Part shown: positions 55,222-64,000 of the stretch, piece by piece | Layout: each line of letters begins with the position of its first letter | Position numbering within the stretch: the stretch's first letter is position 1 | DNA from: Histomonas meleagridis 2922-C6/04-290x | Taxonomy: Eukaryota; Protista; Parabasalia | DNA length: 64,000 nt | NCBI GenBank assembly: GCA_020184695.1 | Contig: JAANOX010000055.1 | Span: 186,001-250,000 of the forward strand | Reading direction: 5' to 3' | Position numbers and translations under genes: made by a program | The notes under the pieces: model-generated | Told to the model about the DNA's origin: nothing | The model's input: the letters and a program-made list of their open reading frames with translations, nothing else | Database searches by the model: none

Positions 55222-58200
55222 TTACACATCAAAACAATCAATTTGTTCCTCGAACAAATCATTTCCTATGTAGTTAACCTCATCCACTGTTGGGATGAAC
55301 ATCTTAGCATTTAATGATATCAAACTAAATGGATCTTGTCCCAAAGAAATTACTAATTCATCACTTTCGTTCATTTCTTCGACAATTTCTTCTTCTTCCT
55401 CTTTGATATCATCAGTTTGTTGTGGCTGCTCATTTATCATATTTAATATCTCATTAATTCCTGATTCAATTCTGCATGTACTCATACTTTTCTTTTTCAT
55501 CATATCATTCAAATCTTCTGACTCGATCAAATATGTTATACATTTTTCAAGTAATTCATTCCAAGATACTATAGGTTCACATCTAAAAAGTTTTAATAGT
55601 GAACTCATATTTTGGAATCTTTCATTCGATGCTAAACGTTCGTCTATCGGCAATAACGGTGGAAGTGAATTCAAATCGTTGAACGATAGAAGCTTTGAAT
55701 CCACCGATTGAATTTCATACAAATGCGGAACGTCAACGACAACGATACGTTCGAAGATGTCTAGTTGAGGGAAAACCTCCGGCTTAATTGAATTCTCCTC
55801 AAAAGTTTCGGTTATTTTTGTATCCTTCAACGCTTGTAAATATAAGTTAACGTACACCATTCGGGGCACCTTTTTTTCCGTTTTAATCAAAGAAGTAAAT
55901 TCTGACAACGATTTCACTATTTCGACTTTTTGAGAATCGTTAATGTAAGTCAAAATATTTGTCGTTACTGAATACAAAGGAATTTTCAAGAACTTATTAC
56001 CGAACTTTAAACAAGTTGTAAAGAATTCACAAATCTGTATTAAACTTTCAGTGTCAATTAAAGGGATTATAATATTACAAATTTGGCCAATAGTTGAGAA
56101 TATATCCACTTCTTCATCAATACTGAACACAGATAACAAGTCGTGTATTGACTTATCTGGTATTAACTCTTTAAACGCGTCAATTGTTGCGTCAAGCATT
56201 TGGATTGAAGGCGAGTTATACAAAAATCGGCTCATTTCCGCTATTTCAATTGACCAAATCCATGGCAACAAAGCTAATAATACTATATACATATAACAAC
56301 TTGAGTCTGATATAATTAATTGATATTTTGTTTGGATTAATAAATTCAAAACACGAATCATTAAATTTATATCTGGTGATTGACTTTTACATTCCAAAAT
56401 ATATTTAATACATCCATTAAATGTATCACCCCATGGAGTATGATATTTCGTGAATTTACTTGGCATATATTGGCCCATTTCATAATTTTCTTGATTTACT
56501 AAATAATTAAATAATTGTGGAAAACATAATATATATTCAAGTAAAGATAACGCAGAATGAAATATTAATGAACATGAAGATATATTACATTGTATTCCAC
56601 TAATAGCCATCCAAAACAAAGAAGGTTCATTACCTAAAATTCCTTTTTGTGCATATATTTCAGCAATACTTTTCATTGTTTTAAAATGATTAGCAATATA
56701 TAATGTATAAAATGTAATGTCATGATTTTCACAATTTTCATATATATAATTAATAGCATCAATACATAACCAAATAGTACGTGCACATAACCCTAAGAAC
56801 AATGAATTATTTATCATTAAATTCCCTTGATAACAAGTTAATGCAAATGAAGCACGAATTAAATCGCCACAACATAAACCCCATTTAATTAATTCGAATC
56901 CGAATTGTGTTGCTAAATCTTGATCGGAATATAAGAAGAAGTTAGTTAATACATTTGATAATTGTGTTCGACTATCATTAGATATCATTTGATTAATAAT
57001 ATTTGTAGAGTTATATAAGTCATCGACACTATTTTTCTTTAATGTTAAATAATTTTTCTTCATCGATGCTAATATTCGTAATGCATCTTGTAAATAAGGT
57101 ATAGATATATTCTCAACTAATGGTATTAATTCACCAATAATATTCTTAAGTAAAGTATTAATATATGAAAAATATTTATCAATATGTATTAAACAAAATG
57201 AAAATATTATTGGTAAATATGGTAATATAGGTCGAACTGATACTATCGCAAATTCACTTAATGCATATAAAACAAATTTAATATGATTTGTACTTGTCTT
57301 TGATCCTTTTTCTGATTCGATAGAAGAATCATCATCATCATCTGATATTTGACTTATGAAATCAGATGTATCTTTAGTTATATCTTTAAATGCATCTTTA
57401 TAATTATCTTTAGCTGCATAAGAAAAAGATAAATATGAAGATAAGAAATCAATTGTAATTTGTGGTGCTATTCGATATAAATATCGCATAATAATTAATG
57501 CGTTCGAATGATTTTCATAATTTCCTGTTGTAAATAATATCGATACTATAATTGGCATGAAATTATTACCTGGAATACAATTATTAGTAACTACTAAAGT
57601 TCTCCATACATTAAACATTGAAGAATTAATATAATTGGAAAATTCACTAAATGATATCATTAATTTCTCAGTGAAAGTAAAACAACTAAATCGCATAAAT
57701 AATAAATCAGATTCATTTGAGATAACTCGATTATCAATATCAAATTGTACTGATTCAAACCATGGCATTAATGTAGATAACATTCGTTCGATAAATATTG
57801 GTGAAAACTTTGGTATATAATCAAACGCATCATTTAATAATTGTTCTAAACAAAACTGAAATGAATTACATACAAGTAATGATATTTGTCGACATTCTTG
57901 ATCATCAAAATATGCAGAACTTTCTCCAAATTTATTACTAATTTGTGTGAATCCTTTAATTAATTCAATGGCATTATCTTTACGGCCATCCATTTGATAT
58001 AATGATAATATTGGTGTTAATGATGCTAATGTTATAAATGCTCTATTATTAATTTCTTCATTAGGAATTCGAAGATTTACTAAACATGCTAAGATGAAAC
58101 TTCCACAATTTTCATATAAAACTTGTAAATATTTAGAAAATATGGTTTTGTCATCAATATCTTTACAAGATTTCCATTGATTTCGTAAAATGTCATTAAG

Positions 58201-60693
58201 ATTAATATTAATAGATAATGATGGAGCCTTAAAAAAATCTGCAATAGATGTGAAATATCGTTCACCATTAGGTGATAAAGCTTTAGTTAAATATTGTGGT
58301 AATAAAACATCAAAATGATGAGATAATAAATGTAACAAAATTGAAGGACATTCAATTGAAAGCTTCGAAATCGATTCATTAAATTTATCGGATAATAAAA
58401 AGTTTTGATCTTTAATTTGATTAAATCCAAACCACATTTCTAATGTTCGTAAAGCATAAAAATGTACTCGATAAGGTGCATTAATGATCGATAAGTTATA
58501 TATTGTTGAGAATAAAGTTTCTGTTTTTTGTAATATTAAATTGTTATTATCATGAAACACAAAACTATGACATGGAAAAGGTGAATTTATTGGCTTTAAA
58601 AGTTGTTGATAAAGTACTGTTAAAACTTCGAATAAACATGATAAGAAATCACAAAGGAAATCTTCGTTTTCATTTATAATATTTATGTCTATTTCTGATG
58701 AGTTATCAAATGAAATATTTAAATATTCGGTATTAAATATTTCAAAAACATGCATAAATAATGATGAAAACTTAGTTAAGAAATCATAATGTTCAAATAT
58801 CGCCGGGAAATTAGTGTTCCATGCCATAGAATGTAATGCTAAAATTGCAATTTTAACATTAAAATTTTGTTCTAATAAATCTAAAAACACAGAAAATGAT
58901 GATATATCTAATGTTGTCAACATATTTCGTACTGCTTCATTATTCGTATCAATTTGTTCATTAATTGTTGATATTAATTCTTTTAATATATAATTTGTTA
59001 ATTTTAATGATTCAACATTTCCATTAAATACATTAAAAGGTGAATCTGCAAAACCAGTAAAAAACGTCAATAAATAAATACGTTCATCTGCTGTAGATTT
59101 ATTATTTTTTTGTAAATATGAACATCCGAATTGTTTAATAAAAAATATAAATTTCTCTTTAAAAAACTCCGAAAATGAAGTTCCTAAAGCGGATAAATAA
59201 TATTGCCATAGAATGAAATCATTACATAAAATCGTATCATTAAATGATAATGGCATTAATGACGTAACTTTCTCTTTTAATAAAATTGCTCGTGGATGAT
59301 TCATTATTGTCGAAAGTAAATATTTTTTATAAAATGATTCATTCTTCGAAATAAAATCATATAAATTCATTGATTCTCCATCAGATTCGAAATCATTTAA
59401 TACTCGAAGAAGTTTATATGCACTATATCTAATCTTCCAACAAGGTGAACATATTCCAATTAATGCCATTGTCGATAATTTATCGATTTGTTCATTATCA
59501 ATATAACGTGTAGGTAATAAACTTAATATATCAATTAATCGTGATATCAAATGAAAGAAAATAAATTTTTGTTCTGGTGTCATTTGAATGTTTGATTCGA
59601 AAAATGAAAAAATATTATCGAAAATATAAAAAGATAAATCGGGAAATACAAATAAAAGAGCTTGAATAACCATTAACATGAATGACGCATTGATTGGATC
59701 TTTACCCATGATGATCTTAAATGGAACATTTAAATATTCTTTGGGAACCATCGCAAGGATTTCTGGTGTTAAAAACAAGACAAGTTTAATAAAGTTATAA
59801 TTAATTTTGTTGACTTCTTTGATTTCAGCAAATTTAATATCATGTTTACAGCCAATAGGTGGTAAATTAATAAGCTTAGAAATGGCAGCACTCCATTCTT
59901 CTGCTACCTCAGAGCGTTTAAACTCAAAACGATTTTGTTTTTGATAAACATTTTGATCTTGAAATTTTGAAAAACTTAAAAGTATCTCAGAACGTGAAGT
60001 GAAACCACAAGACAATCCACTCGTACGAAAAGATGGTGGAACTACACATGATTGATGGATTAATGAAAATGATGGAACATATATCGCATAATCATTTTGA
60101 TTTGGAATTTCTGTTTTGAGATAATCAGACCCATGAAGGATACGGTGAAGCAATAATTTCCGTAATTTAGTGAGACTAAGACCAAATGGAGTCTTAAGAT
60201 CTTCACTTTCAAATGAAAAGAAATTAAAATAATGAACTTCCGTTCCCCATGAATTGTTTTTTGGAGATAAAGGAGCATGCATGAGAAATCCTGTGGTAGG
60301 ATCTACAATATTCCGGCATATTTTTGAATTAATCAATTGTAAAATATCTATACTTGAATTAAACATTAATGGTGCATATTTATCTACATATGTCGGAAAG
60401 TCGTGTGAAGCAATTTTTGTAATGATCTTTACAATAAGATTAATATTTTTTTCCATGACATTTTCTGAAGATATACACATATTAAATACTTGACATATTT
60501 CCTCATCTGTAATATTAGGTATTGGAATAGAATATGTAAAGCCAATGACATCATTTGAATTTGAGATTTGATCATTTTCGCATATTAGTTTGTATAATTT
60601 TTCTATTGCGTTTGAAATAGCATCTTCATTTGTTTCTGTGTTTTTTGTACATGCAAGAACTTCTTTTAAACCAATGGATGTTGAAGATTCCAT
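55222..60693 (-). CDS. Furry/Tao3/MOR2-PAG1-like large HEAT scaffold
   Basis: 1823-aa helical protein; LMPWFESVQF and DQDLATQFGFELIKWGLCCGD..RASFAL resemble Furry-family segments. Confidence 0.6.
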   Translation of the reverse strand: MESSTSIGLKEVLACTKNTETNEDAISNAIEKLYKLICENDQISNSNDVIGFTYSIPIPNITDEEICQVFNMCISSENVMEKNINLIVKIITKIASHDFPTYVDKYAPLMFNSSIDILQLINSKICRNIVDPTTGFLMHAPLSPKNNSWGTEVHYFNFFSFESEDLKTPFGLSLTKLRKLLLHRILHGSDYLKTEIPNQNDYAIYVPSFSLIHQSCVVPPSFRTSGLSCGFTSRSEILLSFSKFQDQNVYQKQNRFEFKRSEVAEEWSAAISKLINLPPIGCKHDIKFAEIKEVNKINYNFIKLVLFLTPEILAMVPKEYLNVPFKIIMGKDPINASFMLMVIQALLFVFPDLSFYIFDNIFSFFESNIQMTPEQKFIFFHLISRLIDILSLLPTRYIDNEQIDKLSTMALIGICSPCWKIRYSAYKLLRVLNDFESDGESMNLYDFISKNESFYKKYLLSTIMNHPRAILLKEKVTSLMPLSFNDTILCNDFILWQYYLSALGTSFSEFFKEKFIFFIKQFGCSYLQKNNKSTADERIYLLTFFTGFADSPFNVFNGNVESLKLTNYILKELISTINEQIDTNNEAVRNMLTTLDISSFSVFLDLLEQNFNVKIAILALHSMAWNTNFPAIFEHYDFLTKFSSLFMHVFEIFNTEYLNISFDNSSEIDINIINENEDFLCDFLSCLFEVLTVLYQQLLKPINSPFPCHSFVFHDNNNLILQKTETLFSTIYNLSIINAPYRVHFYALRTLEMWFGFNQIKDQNFLLSDKFNESISKLSIECPSILLHLLSHHFDVLLPQYLTKALSPNGERYFTSIADFFKAPSLSININLNDILRNQWKSCKDIDDKTIFSKYLQVLYENCGSFILACLVNLRIPNEEINNRAFITLASLTPILSLYQMDGRKDNAIELIKGFTQISNKFGESSAYFDDQECRQISLLVCNSFQFCLEQLLNDAFDYIPKFSPIFIERMLSTLMPWFESVQFDIDNRVISNESDLLFMRFSCFTFTEKLMISFSEFSNYINSSMFNVWRTLVVTNNCIPGNNFMPIIVSILFTTGNYENHSNALIIMRYLYRIAPQITIDFLSSYLSFSYAAKDNYKDAFKDITKDTSDFISQISDDDDDSSIESEKGSKTSTNHIKFVLYALSEFAIVSVRPILPYLPIIFSFCLIHIDKYFSYINTLLKNIIGELIPLVENISIPYLQDALRILASMKKNYLTLKKNSVDDLYNSTNIINQMISNDSRTQLSNVLTNFFLYSDQDLATQFGFELIKWGLCCGDLIRASFALTCYQGNLMINNSLFLGLCARTIWLCIDAINYIYENCENHDITFYTLYIANHFKTMKSIAEIYAQKGILGNEPSLFWMAISGIQCNISSCSLIFHSALSLLEYILCFPQLFNYLVNQENYEMGQYMPSKFTKYHTPWGDTFNGCIKYILECKSQSPDINLMIRVLNLLIQTKYQLIISDSSCYMYIVLLALLPWIWSIEIAEMSRFLYNSPSIQMLDATIDAFKELIPDKSIHDLLSVFSIDEEVDIFSTIGQICNIIIPLIDTESLIQICEFFTTCLKFGNKFLKIPLYSVTTNILTYINDSQKVEIVKSLSEFTSLIKTEKKVPRMVYVNLYLQALKDTKITETFEENSIKPEVFPQLDIFERIVVVDVPHLYEIQSVDSKLLSFNDLNSLPPLLPIDERLASNERFQNMSSLLKLFRCEPIVSWNELLEKCITYLIESEDLNDMMKKKSMSTCRIESGINEILNMINEQPQQTDDIKEEEEEIVEEMNESDELVISLGQDPFSLISLNAKMFIPTVDEVNYIGNDLFEEQIDCFDV

Positions 60694-60799
60694 CCAAGGG
60701 ATTTATAACCGTTCGTGCCCAAATCATGTATAACCGTCACAAATTTTACTATGAAAATAGTGCACTTTCACAGTTCCATCACATGAAAAACGGTATTAA

Positions 60800-61290
60800 T
60801 TAATAAATTATTTGTTTAAGGGCTTTCAGAAGGTTCTTCAGCTTTGCAATATTTTGGAAATATAGGTTCATTTAATGGAACTTCAAAAACTATTTTACCT
60901 ATTTTATCCCAATAATATTCAAATCGTTTTGTAATGCTTCTCTATCATCCTGAGTATCATTAATTTTAAATTGGATTAAATCAGAAAGTTGAAGATAAGA
61001 AAAAATTTTTTCATCAATTGAATTCATAATTCTAAGATTTATAATAAAAATGATACTATTCCTTTTTTTGATCAATGGAAATAAAAAGTTTTATGATGAA
61101 TTACAACAAATGTATTTCTTATTTTTGTTTCATAAATATTATTTTAGGATAAAATAACTACCAATACAGATGGTAATAGCAGACAAATAATGGGAAATGG
61201 CGTTCTTACCATGATTTTAGCCACTGGCTTCATTTGTCTATCTTAATTTTTTTTTTCTTTCTCACCTTTTATAATTTTATTCATGTTTTT
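60800..61290 (-). pseudogene. Decayed membrane-protein gene fragment
   Basis: TM-like PFPIICLLLPSVLVVILS followed by protein-like stretches (MNSIDEKIFSYLQLSDL..., KIVFEVPLNEPIFPKYC) separated by stops and shifts. Confidence 0.35.
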
Positions 61291-61443
61291 TCGAATATAT
61301 TTTTTTTAACATTCGGTATTTATTAAAGTTAAAATAAGATAAATTATATCTAATAATTAACCTCAAATATTTAAATCAAGATGAAGTTATTAATCAAATT
61401 GTATACAAAAGGGTTCCAATTTTCTAGAAGAATCTAGATTTCA

Positions 61444-61738
61444 TATCAAAGCTTTTGGAACGTAATCCAGCGAAGAGACTTGGAGCTGGTCCAAATGAAG
61501 TTGAAGATCTGAAAAAGCATCCATTCTTTACAAACATTGATTGGAATGATTTATTACTGAAGATACCAATGCAATGGAGCCAAAACAAAGCGATGTGACA
61601 GACACTTCGCAGTTCGATAAGGAATTCACAAGCGAATGTTAAATGATATTTTATGAAGATCCGGAGTTGATAAGTGCTGAAACACAAAATATGTTCACGG
61701 AGTTCGAAATGGAAAACGCATATTCTATAGATGAATAA
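61444..61738 (+). pseudogene. AGC-family protein kinase C-terminal fragment
   Basis: ISKLLERNPAKRLGAG...KKHPFFTNIDW...DTSQFDKEFTSE; in-frame TAA at 61640; the catalytic core is absent upstream. Confidence 0.8.
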
Positions 61739-61808
61739 ATTAAAATTAAATACATCTACAAATCTATTTTGCAAATTAATATGGCTTTTGCTATTAATCC
61801 GAGTAAAT

Positions 61809-62560
61809 TCAAATTTCAGGCGATTTATCATAAATTTTATTGTTTGCTTGTTTCTTTCTTCTTACGATAACAATGACGACAACAACAGCAACAGCAACTA
61901 CCACCACAGCAATAGGAATAGCTATCGCCACAGCAGTAGTGTTTGTATTACCTTCATTGGAATCATCTGGAATTGCATTTGACTTTAATTCCTCATTTTT
62001 TGCTCTTGCTTCTTCTAATATTTCCTATAATAATTACCATTAATTGCCTTTAAGAATAATCCTTCTTAAGAATCTGTGTTGTCATATGCATACCAATCTT
62101 CGCCAAAATAAACCCAATTCCATGCATGATCACTTGTTGTAATTCCAATAACAGCAATCCCTTCAATCCCTTCACGATTAAAGAAGAGAGATGATATAGC
62201 TGAATAACCTTGGCAAACAACTTTATGGTCAACAATTGCATCATATGCTGAATTTCCGTTCTGGCCTACACCACCATATTCAATGTTGTCACGAATCCAT
62301 ATCCAAATAGCAACTAATTTTTCGTAGTCTGTGCGAAGGTCATTATCAGCACCAATTCCTGTGAAATTACCAGTTGCAAACATAAATTTCTTGATCTCCA
62401 TGGTCTACGAAATGCTTTGTAAAAGTGTATTTAATAGTGATGTAACCTGGATATGGATTTAGAGAATGATCAACATTGAACCATTGACTTTTAACACCTG
62501 ACCCAACACTGGATACATTTATATCATGGTAGTGTTATTGATGATGATACTGTTATAACA
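61809..62560 (-). pseudogene. Transglutaminase-like (Cys-His-Asp) surface protein with C-terminal TM, decayed
   Basis: VVCQGYS...HAWNWV...WYAYD triad; after a shift, AVAIAIPIAVVVVAVAVVVVIVIVRRKK anchor. One in-frame TAA and at least two frameshifts. Confidence 0.75.
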
Positions 62561-62683
62561 ACGAAAATAAACAATATGTGAATTGGAAAAATAACAAGTA
62601 TAATAAATAATATCACTGTAGCTGTTTTTCAAAAATAAGCAGGACAGTTTTGTCCAGAATCATTTATTACAAAAATAACTCAT

Positions 62684-63480
62684 TCATAAGTAATCTAATC
62701 CTTCTACTCTTGAATTTAATCGTAATGAATTCAAATAATCTCTTATTTCAATATATTCGTCATCTGTAATATTATTCATTTTATTGATAAGTTTTTCGTT
62801 CTCTAACATCATTCTGATATTCATACTTGCTGGAAATATATATCGAATAATATATCTTTTGAAAGATCTATTGTTATCAGCTGATATTTTAATAAGATTA
62901 TCTTGGTAAAATATAGTTAACTTTCTATCATTAACATTACATCTAACACTTTCATTATAAATTATTTGTTCATTAATTCTTTGTTTAGTAATAAGTTCTT
63001 TATATTTATTTTTATATAATTCTAATTCATTAGTTAAGATATCAATAACTTCTTTCATATTAGATTCATCATCAATTAATTTTGTTTTACCAATATCATT
63101 AATAGTATCCATTATTTTACCAACATATACTGCATACTTAGGAGAAGCCCAAAAGCATATATAGTTAACTAATTTTGGATGAACATATCTTCCTAAAACA
63201 CATTTTGGAAACTCTTTATTTATGTCATAGTATGCGGGACAATTTTGTCCCAGTTCGTTTTGAGCAATTAATTCTTCGATATATTCTTTCATATCTAATC
63301 CTTTGAAACAATTTTTCAACTGTCTTTTTTTGTTTAGTAAAATATTAATTTGTTTAACCATCTTTGTAGCATTAATATATCCATCTGTTTTTCTCTAACT
63401 AAAATAGTGGTGTTATTATAAATATAGTAAATAAACTTTTCGTTATTAGATACAATTGTTTGTTGTTGAACTTCATCACT
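62684..63480 (-). CDS. KilA-N domain protein; 5' end frameshifted near 63390
   Basis: DGYINATKMVKQ...GRYVHPKLVNYICFWASPKYAVYVGKIMD is a KilA-N signature, a family expanded in trichomonads and linked to viral/Maverick DNA. Confidence 0.8.
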
Positions 63481-64000
63481 TCTTTTTTGTATAAGAACAT
63501 AATAATGACAAAATTTTTAAACCGAGGCGTTTGTCGAAAACTAACCTTTTATTAAGATGATTTATGGGTTTATGAGATCTCGCATAGACTTCTTTTTTAT
63601 AGTATTCTTAAATGAGAAGTTCTCATAAGAATAACCTTTCTTTATCTGATATATTGGTTGCTCTTTTTTTGCGCAAACCTTTTTTTCATAGTATTTTCAA
63701 AAGAATCATTAAGATGGTATGATCTTACCACCTTTATTTTACGAAAGAATTACATCATAACAATAAATTACTCATATCAAACCATATCTCTTTTTACGAG
63801 TATAATAATGAATAACAACTTGATCACCATATATATCTTTTACGTAAACAAATTCTCTATCATCTTTTCTAAAATTTCTTTTTAATATACGATATTGAGA
63901 TCCAGTAAAGAAATAAAACAAATCAGTTTTCTCATTATTATAATAATCATTTAACTGATATTTTCCATAAGAATCAACCTCAATACCATCATTATCAATA

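Noticed and set aside
60784-61053. Plus-strand reading KLFV*GLSEGSSAL... resembling a GxSxG hydrolase with TAA as Gln
   Set aside because: The opposite strand has the longer open, protein-like frames; the TAA triplets are best explained as antisense shadows of TTA codons.
61424-61831. 135-aa minus-strand ORF and the many 60-150 aa ORFs overlapping larger genes
   Set aside because: They are antisense or alternative-frame shadows of recognisable genes or of the kinase fragment, with no motifs of their own.
1789-63361. Genome-wide reassignment of TAA/TAG to Gln
   Set aside because: Nearly all intact genes checked end in TAA, long conserved ORFs have no internal TAA or TAG, and in-frame stops occur only in loci that also show frameshifts, TGA stops or other disruption.

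Overview
AT-rich, gene-dense eukaryotic DNA that reads as parabasalid (Trichomonas/Tritrichomonas-like). This is inferred from DUF3447-type ankyrin genes, a BspA-like LRR remnant, KilA-N, a catabolic-type OTC, near-universal TAA stops and a 24-nt GTATGT...AG intron. Intact, apparently uninterrupted housekeeping genes (PUF, RBR E3, OTC, UTP14, crooked-neck, C2 protein, CFAP61, ion channel, HECT E3, Beclin-like, cactin, Furry-like) alternate with decayed accessory DNA (Merlin/ISXO2 transposase, three broken DUF3447 copies, BspA, HtrL-like paralogue, midasin-like AAA, kinase, transglutaminase and KilA-N fragments). The standout is 23893-26071 (- strand): 13 ankyrin coding modules of 90 nt (last one 78 nt) are each preceded by an AT-rich spacer of fixed length (80 nt in 11 of 13) that breaks the frame, starts with AT, and has no uniform GT-AG solution. 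Each spacer hides, at a fixed distance from the next module, the codons (I-F-G-N/K) missing from the ankyrin consensus. The same architecture appears in an unrelated ankyrin gene at 8477-8517. This points to an undescribed non-canonical splicing/micro-exon or cassette-assembly system, but no transcript data are available here, so the mechanism and exact junctions are hypotheses. Several single-base frameshifts sit in homopolymers and may be long-read errors, so some pseudogene calls are uncertain. All family assignments are from motif recognition, not database searches.
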